Positions 48,966 to 58,787 of a stretch of DNA of 64,000 nucleotides are shown here, piece by piece. The notes under the pieces are model-generated. The model ran no database searches, was not told the origin of the DNA, and worked only from the letters and a program-made list of their open reading frames with translations. Both the position numbers and the translations under genes were made by a program. How positions within the stretch are numbered: position 1 is the first letter of the stretch; each line of letters opens with the position of its first letter. Location: the UHGV virus genome UHGV-2031204; one strand, given 5' to 3'. Origin of the DNA: a virus.

Positions 48966-50231
48966 ATGGCGAATTTCTACAAAAACAAAATTGCTCGTGA
49001 GTCTATGGAGTCTACTTCTACTGTAGTTCCAGACGGCATCGAACTGCCAGCAGAATCCGTAGAAGGCACTCTGGCCGATATCGAGCATGACACCAAACCG
49101 ATCGAAGCTCTGGACGCTGACGCTGAACTGCTGGCAGAAGACGGCGACGAAACTGACGCTCAGCTGGATGTTCTGGATGAAGCTCAGGCTGCTGCTGACG
49201 GTGAAGGTGCAGGCGAAGACGGTGAAGAACCGATGGATGCCGAAGAAGATATGCCGGACGACGCTGCGACTGCGCTGGACGTTGCTCAGGAATCTATCCG
49301 TTCTCGTTGGAACTTCGAACACCGTTCTTCTGTTGCACACGAATCCTACGGTTCTCGTAACCGTCGTCAGGTTGCTCGTGAATCCCTGTGGGAAGACATC
49401 AAAGCCTTCCTGGGCCGTATTCTCGATTGGCTGAAAGAACAAGGCCGCAAACTGAAAGATCGCTGGCTGAAATTCCACAACCAGGGTAAATCTATTCAGG
49501 CACGTGCTAAGAAATACGATGAAGTTATTCGTAAGCTTGGCAAACAGAAGAAAGATGAGATCTCTGGTGGCTTTATCAAGTCTCTGTCTATCGACGGCAA
49601 GTTCGTCGGTGATAATATTCCGAAACTGAAAGGTATCCTTAACCAGGTCTCCTCGTTCTATAGCGCTAAGATGCCTGCCATGGCCGCTAAAGCTGCTGAA
49701 GTGGTTTCCGATGTTACCAAAGGTAATGGCGTTAAAGTTGAAAAACTGAAAGCCGACTTTACCGAACTGTCCAAACAAGACAGTCTCCAAAACTTCAAGC
49801 TCGGTAACATGGCGGTGAAAACCGAGTATGACAACGAAGGCGGCTTCAGCTCCACCTTTGTTGAAGCTGAAAACAGCGTTGAAACTAGCGTGAAAACTCC
49901 GTCTGTTGGCGAACTGGCCAAAATCAATGCTCTCTTCAACGAAGTGGGTAAACAGATTGAGAAGAACGTTCAGGATTATCGTAAAGTCGAAAGCGCGCGG
50001 AAAACCTTTGAAGATAATATCGATAAGCTCCTGAAAGAAGTCGATAAAGTTAAGATCGACGAAAAACCGGAACTGACCGAAGGTGTACGTGCTGCCCGTC
50101 GTTTCATCACCAGCGTTAACCAGGGTCTGTCTCTGGGTGAGAAGGTTATTGCTTCTACTCAGAAACACCTGGCCGGTGGTCTGAACGGTTACCTGAGTGC
50201 CGGTATCGGCGCTTACGAAAAATCTAAATAA
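48966..50231 (+). CDS. highly expressed protein, tandem paralog B (possible head internal protein)
   Basis: 421 aa; starts MANFYKNKIARESME, ends GYLSAGIGAYEKSK; shared central block RKLGKQKKDEISGGFI and about 80-90% DNA identity to paralog A in conserved stretches. Confidence 0.8.
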   Translation: MANFYKNKIARESMESTSTVVPDGIELPAESVEGTLADIEHDTKPIEALDADAELLAEDGDETDAQLDVLDEAQAAADGEGAGEDGEEPMDAEEDMPDDAATALDVAQESIRSRWNFEHRSSVAHESYGSRNRRQVARESLWEDIKAFLGRILDWLKEQGRKLKDRWLKFHNQGKSIQARAKKYDEVIRKLGKQKKDEISGGFIKSLSIDGKFVGDNIPKLKGILNQVSSFYSAKMPAMAAKAAEVVSDVTKGNGVKVEKLKADFTELSKQDSLQNFKLGNMAVKTEYDNEGGFSSTFVEAENSVETSVKTPSVGELAKINALFNEVGKQIEKNVQDYRKVESARKTFEDNIDKLLKEVDKVKIDEKPELTEGVRAARRFITSVNQGLSLGEKVIASTQKHLAGGLNGYLSAGIGAYEKSK

Positions 50232-50249
50232 TCCCTGATTGTTTAGTAA

Positions 50250-50295
50250 GAGAACCACCCTGTAATGGGGTGGTTCTCTCTTTTCTTTTTTTTTC
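50250..50295 (+). terminator. strong rho-independent terminator
   Basis: Stem GAGAACCACCC / GGGGTGGTTCTC with loop tgtaat, then a long T-rich run ending in T9. Confidence 0.7.
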
Positions 50296-50300
50296 GATTA

Positions 50301-50336
50301 AAATAATTTTCAGATATATATTACCTAGGTGAGATT
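50301..50336 (+). promoter_or_regulatory. conserved promoter-like motif, copy 6 (TTCAGATATATATTACCTAGGTGAGA)
   Basis: 26-nt stretch identical to the copy at 58563..58588; about 50 nt upstream of the ATG at 50385. Confidence 0.5.
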
Positions 50337-50384
50337 ACACAGTAATCTCTTTACGACTTGTTTATTACGTTTAGGAGAAATATC

Positions 50385-51026
50385 ATGAGCCGCATTAATT
50401 TAACTGATTTTGTTGATGGTGTTGTGTCTACGGATAAAGGTGTTGTTACGATGGTGGCACCGAATAGTAAAGTTGTTACTTTAAATCCGGTAGAACTGAT
50501 TTCTATTTCTACCTGGTTGCGCTTACTTTCTGGTAAGAAACCTAAAGACCAAGCGAAGGGTGGCCTATTAGTTGGTACACGTGAGTTTGTTTTCAAAGAC
50601 ATAACCCAAGATAAACTGGACAGCATTGCTAAAGAACTGAACGGCAAGCATAAAACTCGCGACATCGGGTGTGCCGAATATGACGGAGTAACGTACCATG
50701 CGTTTCTTGATAGTCACGTAGCATTGCGTGAAAAAGAAAATGGGATGTACGATTCAGTTTGTTTCTTTCACTTAATCGCACCAACAGAAAACGAAGCTGT
50801 GTATGAAACCGTTGAAAAATCGGCGGAAGCTGTTATGGAAACGGTGTCAGAACTTATAGAAGGGATGAAAAGAATCCCACGTGTGTTGAAAGTTACTGAT
50901 GGGGCTTTCGATTGTTTTAAATTATTACCCCTAATAGCTAGTAAAGAATACGAAGATGAGAACACCTTCGGACTATTCGAAATTAGTCTTTCGGAAGCAG
51001 TTGTTACTTTCTTTGAAGATTTATGA
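50385..51026 (+). CDS. hypothetical protein (about 213 aa)
   Basis: Track ORF trimmed to the ATG at 50385 (AGGAG upstream), placing the promoter motif outside the gene. Confidence 0.55.
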   Translation: MSRINLTDFVDGVVSTDKGVVTMVAPNSKVVTLNPVELISISTWLRLLSGKKPKDQAKGGLLVGTREFVFKDITQDKLDSIAKELNGKHKTRDIGCAEYDGVTYHAFLDSHVALREKENGMYDSVCFFHLIAPTENEAVYETVEKSAEAVMETVSELIEGMKRIPRVLKVTDGAFDCFKLLPLIASKEYEDENTFGLFEISLSEAVVTFFEDL

Positions 51027-51032
51027 GATAAA

Positions 51033-51061
51033 AAACCCTCTACGGAGGGTTTTATTTTTTC
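51033..51061 (+). terminator. rho-independent terminator
   Basis: Stem AAACCCTC / GAGGGTTT with loop tacg, then a T-run. Confidence 0.65.
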
Positions 51062-51080
51062 GACCTTTAGGAGAATAGAA

Positions 51081-51632
51081 ATGAATAAATTTAATATCTT
51101 AGACGCTGAAGTCGTATCTGAAACCAGTTTACAGCAGGAAATCTTTCGTATTCAGTTTGGCGATAAAACCATTATCGTCCCACGTCCGGTAATGATTGGA
51201 CTGGCTATTTTTATTAACTGTGCGCATTGTAATGGTTCTCAACTCTCCACGCTCACTTACAACAATTACGAATTCTATATTCCAGAACACCTGGAATACG
51301 ATCGCTTCATTGCTTCACGTCCGTTCTACAAGTTTATGTTAGACGCAGGTTATTCTACGCTGACGAAAACGTACATTCGTGATTATTCGAAGCTGGAAAC
51401 CTTTTACCGTCGTCGTGGTTATCGCGTTCCTGAGCCTATTGACGGTTTTCAAACCCGCGTTGTATTACTTAAACCGCTAGAAAAAGAACTGGCTTGTTAT
51501 AAACTTGATATCGAGCAGAAGTTACTGCGTGAAGATTTGTTGAATTTATACAACCAGCTTTCAGTTGTACCGAAAAACACAGTAGAAAACATTCTACCTG
51601 ATTACGGAATTAGACAATACCAGGAAGGTTAA
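51081..51632 (+). CDS. hypothetical protein (183 aa)
   Basis: ATG ORF with TAGGAGA upstream. Confidence 0.55.
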   Translation: MNKFNILDAEVVSETSLQQEIFRIQFGDKTIIVPRPVMIGLAIFINCAHCNGSQLSTLTYNNYEFYIPEHLEYDRFIASRPFYKFMLDAGYSTLTKTYIRDYSKLETFYRRRGYRVPEPIDGFQTRVVLLKPLEKELACYKLDIEQKLLREDLLNLYNQLSVVPKNTVENILPDYGIRQYQEG

Positions 51633-51634
51633 AA

Positions 51635-51940
51635 ATGAAACTCAAAGCCGATGCGATATGTGTTGTTAAGTTGCCGGAAAGTAATGTGGTGTACTGCGTA
51701 AAACGGCTAGACATTCGATTACTGATACCGAGACTTAATGAACCTGGTTGGAATGGGGATTTGATGATTCCTCTGATCAGACCACTCCCTACGAACGATG
51801 GCAATATAACGCATTTGCATATGGAAGCCAAAGGGCGGTACGTTACCGTTTACCATTTAGCCGATCAGTACAAAACGAGTCGGTATACCCGAAAAGATTT
51901 TATACGCCATTTAAGAGGCTCACTGGAGATAAAGAAATGA
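51635..51940 (+). CDS. hypothetical protein (101 aa)
   Basis: ATG 2 nt after the upstream stop; its TGA overlaps the DHFR start (ATGA). Confidence 0.5.
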   Translation: MKLKADAICVVKLPESNVVYCVKRLDIRLLIPRLNEPGWNGDLMIPLIRPLPTNDGNITHLHMEAKGRYVTVYHLADQYKTSRYTRKDFIRHLRGSLEIKK

Positions 51941-52473
51941 CAATTACAGTTTCGATGATAGCTGCTGCTGGGTTGAATAACGAAATTGGGAAAGACAATA
52001 AACTACCGTGGCGTATTCCTGATGACTTAAAGAATTTTAAGGCACTTACATCAGGTAAGGTTATCGTGATGGGAAGCAAGACATGGGAATCGTTAGGGTA
52101 TAAACCCCTGCCTAATCGTCACCATGTCGTGTTGACGAGAAGACCTGGCGGTGTGCCCGAAATCGATGGGGTGCTTAACCTTAAGGGTGAAATGGGGTCG
52201 ATTATTGAGTTCCTCAAAACTGAGGTTGAGAAAAAGGGTTATCCTAAAGAAATCTTTATTATCGGTGGTGCAGAAATTTACCATCAGGCGTTACCTTACG
52301 TGGATAAGATTTACTTGTCACGCGTAGAAGTTAAAGTCGATGGTGCAGATGCGTTCTTTCCTGAAATCGATCGTAACAAGTTTAGACTGGTTTATAACTT
52401 AACGCACGCTTCCAAACCGGATAGTGATGTTCCACGTTGGCATTATCAAATTTGGAAAAGAGATGGGCACTGA
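51937..52473 (+). CDS. dihydrofolate reductase
   Basis: 178 aa from the ATG at 51937: MIAAAGLNNEIGKDNKLPWRIPDDLKNFKALTSGKVIVMGSKTWESLG...PLPNRHHVVLTR...IFIIGGAEIY matches the conserved DHFR pattern. The track ORF 51748.. is the same frame with an earlier, less likely start. Confidence 0.9.
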   Translation: MTITVSMIAAAGLNNEIGKDNKLPWRIPDDLKNFKALTSGKVIVMGSKTWESLGYKPLPNRHHVVLTRRPGGVPEIDGVLNLKGEMGSIIEFLKTEVEKKGYPKEIFIIGGAEIYHQALPYVDKIYLSRVEVKVDGADAFFPEIDRNKFRLVYNLTHASKPDSDVPRWHYQIWKRDGH

Positions 52474-52759
52474 GTTTGTAACCTTAGAAAAGCTCTTTTT
52501 AGGTAGAGTTGCGAAAGGGAAAATAGCGCGCTTCACCTGGTGTCCTTCCCCTGTAAAGCACGCGTTTATACGCCGTTTACATCAAGAGAAAAGCGTCAGG
52601 TTGGTCTTGATAGTGTTGTTCGAAAACGACCGTGGGCTGTTGATTAACAATCAGCGTTTTGCGGCAGAGATTTGGGCAACCACATCTGGGGGTGAGGAAG
52701 CGTCTGTTGGCTTCGCTAACGATGAGATTATCTTTGAAGGTATACCTTATCTGTTATAG
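52463..52759 (+). CDS. hypothetical small protein, start uncertain
   Basis: Track ORF 52424..52759 trimmed to the ATG at 52463; followed by the terminator at 52775..52812. Confidence 0.35.
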   Translation: MGTEFVTLEKLFLGRVAKGKIARFTWCPSPVKHAFIRRLHQEKSVRLVLIVLFENDRGLLINNQRFAAEIWATTSGGEEASVGFANDEIIFEGIPYLL

Positions 52760-52774
52760 GTAGGTTAAACGTAA

Positions 52775-52812
52775 AAGGGGACTTCGGTTCCCTTTTATTT
52801 TTTTTTCATTTC
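52775..52812 (+). terminator. rho-independent terminator
   Basis: Hairpin GGGGAC-ttcg-GTTCCC followed by a T-rich run ending in T9. Confidence 0.6.
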
Positions 52813-52848
52813 GCGCCTGTGATATGACTATAACGAAGGAACAAGCCA

Positions 52849-54357
52849 ATGCAACAGTATTTTGAAATTCCGTCGTTAGACGCGACCATTCGCAAACCAA
52901 TAATCGATGGCGTTATACAACGTGTACTTAATGAGTCCGGTATTGATACAGCAGCGGTTGTTTTCCTCGATGAATTCAATAGCGCCCATCAACCGGATTC
53001 TACTCTAGGTGACGGTACTGAAGTAGAGTACAGTTCACCTGAAAAGGTTTACGTTGAAGTAGAAGAAGAACGTGATGAGTGGGCAAGAATCAACCGTCAG
53101 GTTGGTCAGCAGGCTGAACCGTACTTCTTTGAAAACTCCGTCGATCAGGTACGCGCCTGGCCCGTTAGAACGATGTATAACGTAACAGTAACGTTACGAC
53201 GTACCAGTGCCTCACGTGATGAGTTATTGCGCTGGACGAACCGTTTAGACTCATTAGTGGACATGGGCCGTTATTCGACCATGACAGAGTCAGAAGCGTT
53301 CTATTATATCCCTAAACCCGCGTTAAAGTTGTTGAATGCCTGCTACGTTGCTGCAGGAACACGAGTACCAACGTTTGACGATTTTAAAGCCTATTTGAAA
53401 GCGTATTTTACGCCCGACGTATTTCGTGCAGCCAATGTTGCCGGGGGGCAGGAAACCATTGCGGTACGTTACGCACCTACGCGTTTAGAAACGGTATATG
53501 ACGTTCAAACACCGGCCTGGGATAAAGATGAAAACCACTGGGAGGCAACGTTCGTTATCCGTTTCTCTTATCAGCGCCCTGAAGAGATTGTGGTTTCGTA
53601 TCCGTATATCATCAATCAGACACCACTGCCTGATGAATATTGGCCGGAGATAGACCCACCGTGGGTATCTAACGAGGAGTTAGTTTACCGCCACCCACAA
53701 CAGAAGAATCTCGATTCAACCTGGTGGATTAACGAAACTCGTCAGTATATTCGTCTCCCGTATTTGTTATCTCCCACGGAACAGTTCCATCGTACGCACT
53801 CCCCGCTTAAAGATAAGCTCTTACCGATTTTCGGTACAGATGTTGTTTTTGAACCGGACAACATGTTATCGCCGAAGGTGATGTCTACGGAAGATTTACC
53901 TTACGAATGGAACGAAGCGTTGCTACCGTATATCGAACATTGTCGTGCGATTGACCCGACAGGACAGACGGGTGTTTTCCGTATCGAGTTGTTCGAAGAG
54001 GGACAGATTATCGAACCGCGTTTCTACCATTGGGAAGGAAATACGTTTTCGCTTAAAGGTCGTGACCTGAAAGTAAATAAGGGTTATTACTTAACCGAAT
54101 CGGTCATGTTTGACTGGCGTGGAATGAACCTCTGGCCATTACAGTTATATCCACAGGCAGCGAAAGTATTAATTGAGTGGTTGTTCCCGAAATGGGACGT
54201 TCCTGATTGGTGGTGGGATAAGCCGGTGTTACCGCCGAGTGTTATCGATGACATTAATAAACTGATTCCGAACGTAGAAGCCCGTGTGTTATTGACGGTG
54301 CTGAACTCGACCATTATTACCATGCGAGGAACAGAGAATGCTCAAAGCGAAGCGTGA
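52849..54357 (+). CDS. hypothetical protein (502 aa), possibly structural
   Basis: ATG ORF with AAGGA upstream. Confidence 0.6.
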   Translation: MQQYFEIPSLDATIRKPIIDGVIQRVLNESGIDTAAVVFLDEFNSAHQPDSTLGDGTEVEYSSPEKVYVEVEEERDEWARINRQVGQQAEPYFFENSVDQVRAWPVRTMYNVTVTLRRTSASRDELLRWTNRLDSLVDMGRYSTMTESEAFYYIPKPALKLLNACYVAAGTRVPTFDDFKAYLKAYFTPDVFRAANVAGGQETIAVRYAPTRLETVYDVQTPAWDKDENHWEATFVIRFSYQRPEEIVVSYPYIINQTPLPDEYWPEIDPPWVSNEELVYRHPQQKNLDSTWWINETRQYIRLPYLLSPTEQFHRTHSPLKDKLLPIFGTDVVFEPDNMLSPKVMSTEDLPYEWNEALLPYIEHCRAIDPTGQTGVFRIELFEEGQIIEPRFYHWEGNTFSLKGRDLKVNKGYYLTESVMFDWRGMNLWPLQLYPQAAKVLIEWLFPKWDVPDWWWDKPVLPPSVIDDINKLIPNVEARVLLTVLNSTIITMRGTENAQSEA

Positions 54358-55708
54358 TAAACCGTCTTCTTTCGAACCGGTGGAACGCCCGATACCTGAG
54401 TTGAATAAACCGCAAGACGGTGTGAAGGAAACCACGAACGTGGTGACACAACCGACACGTACAACGGTGACGGATTTAGAACGTATACCGAAACAGTACC
54501 TGATGAAATACCTGGAAGGGTCTTCCTGGACAGTGGATTTCTTTAATTTCCTGAAAGGGCGTAACGACGCGAAGAAATTCTTCGATTCGAAGGTACTTAC
54601 GCCTGACCAGCAAGTAGAGAAAATCATCGGGTTAGAATTGCGGGTTACCACACCGCTAGATCGTTCTCAGGATACAACGAACAAAACATTCACCATGTCC
54701 GGTGCCGCAACAATGGCGAACTCGGTGATTCCCAACGAAGGGTGTTTTTTCGTTGCCCCGATTGGAGACGGACGGTTCGCGTTGTTCAATGTCACGAACG
54801 TCGTACGGATGTCCAATAACAAAATTGCAACGTATAACATTGAATATACGCTGTTGTTTGAAGTTGATCCAGAAGTTGCAGAAACCATTCGCCGGTGTAC
54901 GGTCCGTGAGTATTATTACGTTTCTGAACGTGCCTGGACGGGCGGTGATACGTTACTGACACCGAAAGAATACCGTGCGTTTTTGAAGGTTGTTGATGCG
55001 ATTGCCGACATTGAACAGACTTACGTAAAACGGTTTTACGATGGGGAAACGGCAACGTTGCTTTTCCCGCACGATCGGCACAGCGATGGGCTGCGTAGTC
55101 GCGCGTACTACGACGTGTTCTTAGCACAGTTCGTACGCTCTGTAGGCTTACGGACCGTCGGCAAAGATATTCAAATCTATCCGCACCCACCAACGCGTGT
55201 GGAAGATATTGAAACGGTCTGGACAGCGTTGTTAAATCAATCGCCAACGTTCTTAGCGGATTACAAACGCGATTCCAGTGTCTGGCAGGTAAAAACCTTC
55301 CGTACGATGCAGCATCGGAATTCTGTGACCTGGTCATTAATTTCGGATACCCGTTTCTTTACCGATGAATTAAAACCGGGCTATGGGATGGCGCAACGTT
55401 TCCCTGGACAGTGGCCGAAGTGGACGGAGTTTGAACCGGTTGAAGTGGAGAACTATCGGGGTAATGAAGGTGAATCTATCCCTGCATTTCTACCACTGAC
55501 CTACGAACCGTATTTGTTAAGCCCAACGTTCTACGAGGGCTCGTACAGTTCGTTATTAGAATACGGTTTATATCTCTATCTGAATAAACGCCCACTGTCA
55601 ACGGTAATTGCATTACGGTTGTTTGAAGAAGTTTACCGTTTACCGAAGGATGCGCAATTCTATTATATTCCGATGGTGTATTTGTTGTTACGGTATGCGA
55701 GGGATTAA
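54338..55708 (+). CDS. hypothetical protein (456 aa), possibly structural
   Basis: Overlaps the upstream gene by 20 nt. Confidence 0.6.
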   Translation: MLKAKRDKPSSFEPVERPIPELNKPQDGVKETTNVVTQPTRTTVTDLERIPKQYLMKYLEGSSWTVDFFNFLKGRNDAKKFFDSKVLTPDQQVEKIIGLELRVTTPLDRSQDTTNKTFTMSGAATMANSVIPNEGCFFVAPIGDGRFALFNVTNVVRMSNNKIATYNIEYTLLFEVDPEVAETIRRCTVREYYYVSERAWTGGDTLLTPKEYRAFLKVVDAIADIEQTYVKRFYDGETATLLFPHDRHSDGLRSRAYYDVFLAQFVRSVGLRTVGKDIQIYPHPPTRVEDIETVWTALLNQSPTFLADYKRDSSVWQVKTFRTMQHRNSVTWSLISDTRFFTDELKPGYGMAQRFPGQWPKWTEFEPVEVENYRGNEGESIPAFLPLTYEPYLLSPTFYEGSYSSLLEYGLYLYLNKRPLSTVIALRLFEEVYRLPKDAQFYYIPMVYLLLRYARD

Positions 55709-56249
55709 CGTGGCTGAAAAACGTAGCGCAGCATTTATGCTGTTTCACAAGTGGGTGGGATGGCGTGTTCCTGAATGGACGACGATTTCAACGTACATGT
55801 CCCAGGAACATGGGCTGTTCTTACCGGAAGACGAGAAAAAAGCACGCGCGATACTACTCAATAAAAAGACTGTATACATGCGACCTTTCGAAGTTGCGGT
55901 TTATGCAGAATCGGGCGCGGCGTTAGACGTCCACGACCCACATGACGGGATCATTGTGTACGGGTATATCATGGAACACTTAGCTGATTGGCTAAATTAC
56001 ATGCAGACCCCACACCTGACAACACGTAAAGTCCCTATGGAGGGCTTGCGTCAGTTTAATGCGTTAGCGCGTAAACTGTTCCCGGTAGCGAACCGTTACG
56101 GTTACTTTAAGAAACCCGAAGTAACAATGGCGGTTTCCGTACAAGCGTTATTTGGCGAAGTTCGATTGGAAACAGAACGGCATCAGTTCAACGATACGAT
56201 TATGCACCGTATTGAACAGATATACCGTAGACGTGGAGGAATTCTGTAA
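55695..56249 (+). CDS. hypothetical protein (about 184 aa)
   Basis: Track ORF 55608..56249 trimmed to the ATG at 55695; a GTG at 55710 is an alternative start. Confidence 0.5.
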   Translation: MRGINVAEKRSAAFMLFHKWVGWRVPEWTTISTYMSQEHGLFLPEDEKKARAILLNKKTVYMRPFEVAVYAESGAALDVHDPHDGIIVYGYIMEHLADWLNYMQTPHLTTRKVPMEGLRQFNALARKLFPVANRYGYFKKPEVTMAVSVQALFGEVRLETERHQFNDTIMHRIEQIYRRRGGIL

Positions 56250-57568
56250 TGTCGTTTGGTCGGTTACAGAACATAGCAAACGTGCACATTGCACAGGCGG
56301 CGGGATTACCGGCCATCGACTACGTACCCCTTATCACGGTTCGTGGGGTGACGATTGACGTTTACAAAACCATGTCGATAATCCATGCCAGTAATTTCGC
56401 TCAGGATTTAACGACCATCACGCACCTCAGTGTGGTGATTCCACTGAGCCAGCAACGTATTCTTACGTCGTCGGCAGAAGGGGATTTATCAGTTAAAATC
56501 CTGATGCGGACAATGAACAAGAAAACCATTGCGCAACTGAACTACCGAGGAATTGTGGTTAACAACCACGATCCTGATATGGAATCACCTACAATGTTTT
56601 TGGGTGAATCTGACCAAAAAGGGTTGGGTGTGGTAACGTTGGAACTGATGGACGAATCGATGTGGTTCCTTCGTTGTCGCCAGGTAGGCGGGATTTACCA
56701 CGAAACTGACGGGTTAAGTGTCGTTCGTGCATTACTTGCTGACACATTACCTACCGGGGATGCACCAGAAGGTCAGTTGGTTGGTGTTGAATACGAGGAA
56801 GAGGAACAACAACCTTATCGCGACATTTTGATTCCCGATTCGCAAAGTTTTCTTTCGGTTTTCGATTTCATTCAGAACCGCTACGGTGTGTATAGCCAAG
56901 GATTAGGTGTCTTCTTGTATAAACACCGTTGGCATATCTTTCAACCGTGGGATTCTAAGAAATTCTCTACGGCAAAAAAGAAACTGGTGGTAATTAACCT
57001 TCCAAGAGAGAAAGTTGCCTATTTAGATAAAACGTGTCACATTGCAGGTGACGTCATTTATCTGATTTGTGGTGGCGATGTTCACACCTTCGAAGACAAA
57101 GACGCTCTTGCGCTAAATCAGGGAACGGGTTACCGCGTGGGTTCAATCCGTGCCTTAGATGGACGTGCAAGTTCTTTCTCTCCAGGCGACGTTTCAGCAA
57201 CGACGTCAGATTCGTTTGTTTCGGCAGCAGACCCTACACAGTACCCCGGCGGTGTTGTTAATGCACCTATTGATCCAAACGAGCACTTCAGCGACACGGA
57301 TAAGCCTCGTCGTTCTAAGTTGGCTGCCGCCAGAGGGACACTGACCGCAACGACCTGGAACCGTTCAGCGTACGGTTTATTGCAGCCGGGTATGGCAGTA
57401 AAATATCTGTATGCGAATAATTACGGTGTATACACTCGTTATGGGACGTTGGTTGGTGAAGTTTTCCAAGCTGCCGTTGACGGTGGTTCGATGGCGTCCC
57501 CACAATTTAATACCATTAGTCAATTGACGTTGTGGTTGACTAATGAAAAATTTACAACCGCTACGTAA
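56249..57568 (+). CDS. hypothetical protein (439 aa)
   Basis: TAATG overlap with the upstream gene. Confidence 0.6.
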   Translation: MSFGRLQNIANVHIAQAAGLPAIDYVPLITVRGVTIDVYKTMSIIHASNFAQDLTTITHLSVVIPLSQQRILTSSAEGDLSVKILMRTMNKKTIAQLNYRGIVVNNHDPDMESPTMFLGESDQKGLGVVTLELMDESMWFLRCRQVGGIYHETDGLSVVRALLADTLPTGDAPEGQLVGVEYEEEEQQPYRDILIPDSQSFLSVFDFIQNRYGVYSQGLGVFLYKHRWHIFQPWDSKKFSTAKKKLVVINLPREKVAYLDKTCHIAGDVIYLICGGDVHTFEDKDALALNQGTGYRVGSIRALDGRASSFSPGDVSATTSDSFVSAADPTQYPGGVVNAPIDPNEHFSDTDKPRRSKLAAARGTLTATTWNRSAYGLLQPGMAVKYLYANNYGVYTRYGTLVGEVFQAAVDGGSMASPQFNTISQLTLWLTNEKFTTAT

Positions 57569-57600
57569 ATTATGTCGTCCGTAACCTAAAGGATTTGTTA

Positions 57601-58401
57601 ATGAGTAATCTACTTACTTTCAGAATGTCTGGTCAAACGTTAATCCAAATCGACAAGTTCGAAGAAGAGAATTTTTCGAAACCGTCGAAGTTGTTAGAAC
57701 GTTGCCTTAATGTTATTCCTGGTGGCGAACAACGCCAGTTGGACTACATCATGGCGTCCAGTGCTGACAAAACGATTTCTGTTATCTATACCGTAGACGG
57801 TGTACAGAATTGTCGCTTATTACCAATCGAAGAAAAAGGGACGTTAGGTCATTTGTTGTTCCTGCACGCGATCACAACCGCCGTGGTGTCTGGTGCTTTA
57901 GAAGCGCAATACGGCTTTGCTTATTGTTACTTCTATGCTCAGAAATTAGCTGCAGCGGTTGTTCCAGGGCAACAAGAAACCTATCCTCAGTATATTGAAC
58001 GTATTCTCCCTTCACACTTTAGTGAGTCGGAAGACTACGACTTCAATGCGTTTCGTTTTACCGTGGTGGGTGAAGCCCGCGATCCTGAATACACAACAGC
58101 GGTTCGTGCGGTGGTGCGCTATTCTGTTATTTCTACAGACAGCGGTACATCAAATAACTTTAATGAAGTGTATCCGGTCTTGCAGTTAGGTCCTTATGTG
58201 ACTTTCAACAGCTATGTGCCATTCAGTTGCCAGCTTGTGGGTCCGCAGGATAACGATTCTATTCTCCCTGTTGCGGAAGAAAAGTCATTGTTTATTCGCG
58301 AATCTGTAGAAGCTATTAGCGATAAGCGCTTTATGATTTCTTCGAAGACGGGCATTAACGATCCTGAAATCGCTGTAATGGATAAGATGCAAGGTCTGTA
58401 A
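57601..58401 (+). CDS. hypothetical protein (about 266 aa)
   Basis: Track ORF trimmed from its TTG to the ATG at 57601 (AAAGGA upstream). Confidence 0.55.
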   Translation: MSNLLTFRMSGQTLIQIDKFEEENFSKPSKLLERCLNVIPGGEQRQLDYIMASSADKTISVIYTVDGVQNCRLLPIEEKGTLGHLLFLHAITTAVVSGALEAQYGFAYCYFYAQKLAAAVVPGQQETYPQYIERILPSHFSESEDYDFNAFRFTVVGEARDPEYTTAVRAVVRYSVISTDSGTSNNFNEVYPVLQLGPYVTFNSYVPFSCQLVGPQDNDSILPVAEEKSLFIRESVEAISDKRFMISSKTGINDPEIAVMDKMQGL

Positions 58402-58560
58402 AAACTTCCCGTTACCTCTATGGGTAACGGGAATACCTTTTATTTATTCCTAAACGACACGCAGAAGTCATTTAACCGTTAAGACGACTAATTACCCTTT
58501 AAAAAGAAAATTGCGTCAGAATGCGTTTTAGAGCGTTCTAGAGGGTATATGGATTCAAAA

Positions 58561-58590
58561 AGATTTCAGATATATATTACCTAGGTGAGA
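58561..58590 (+). promoter_or_regulatory. conserved promoter-like motif, copy 7 (TTCAGATATATATTACCTAGGTGAGA)
   Basis: Identical over 26 nt to the copy at 50311..50336; about 50 nt upstream of the small gene at 58637. Confidence 0.5.
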
Positions 58591-58636
58591 GTTTACGTAA
58601 TACTCATTTATCGAATACCTAATTAGGAGTTATATC

Positions 58637-58780
58637 ATGATTTCTGTAAAACACAAAAAAGCTATCTTCGCTGTTGTTATCGCTGTTGTTCTGGGTTGCC
58701 TGTATCTGGACATCGACAAAGGCTACGACACTTGCATCGACAACGGTAATTCCGTTGCACAGTGCACTGGTCGTGGTTAA
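58637..58780 (+). CDS. small (47 aa) highly expressed membrane or lipoprotein-like protein
   Basis: Not in the ORF track (under 60 aa). ATG after AGGAG; MISVKHKKAIFAVVIAVVLGCLYLDIDKGYDTCIDNGNSVAQCTGRG has a signal-like hydrophobic core, a lipobox-like VLGC and 3 Cys; strongly codon-optimised; own promoter motif and terminator. Confidence 0.55.
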   Translation: MISVKHKKAIFAVVIAVVLGCLYLDIDKGYDTCIDNGNSVAQCTGRG

Positions 58781-58787
58781 TGTATAA

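Noticed and set aside
47567-50258. Long minus-strand ORFs 47567..48754 and 48948..50258, plus small internal + ORFs
   Set aside because: Antisense shadows of the two highly expressed paralog genes; the same codon-bias artefact.
51748-52473. 241-aa version of the DHFR ORF starting at 51748
   Set aside because: The N-terminal 63 codons overlap the upstream gene 51635..51940 in another frame. DHFR homology begins at the ATG at 51937, which forms an ATGA junction.
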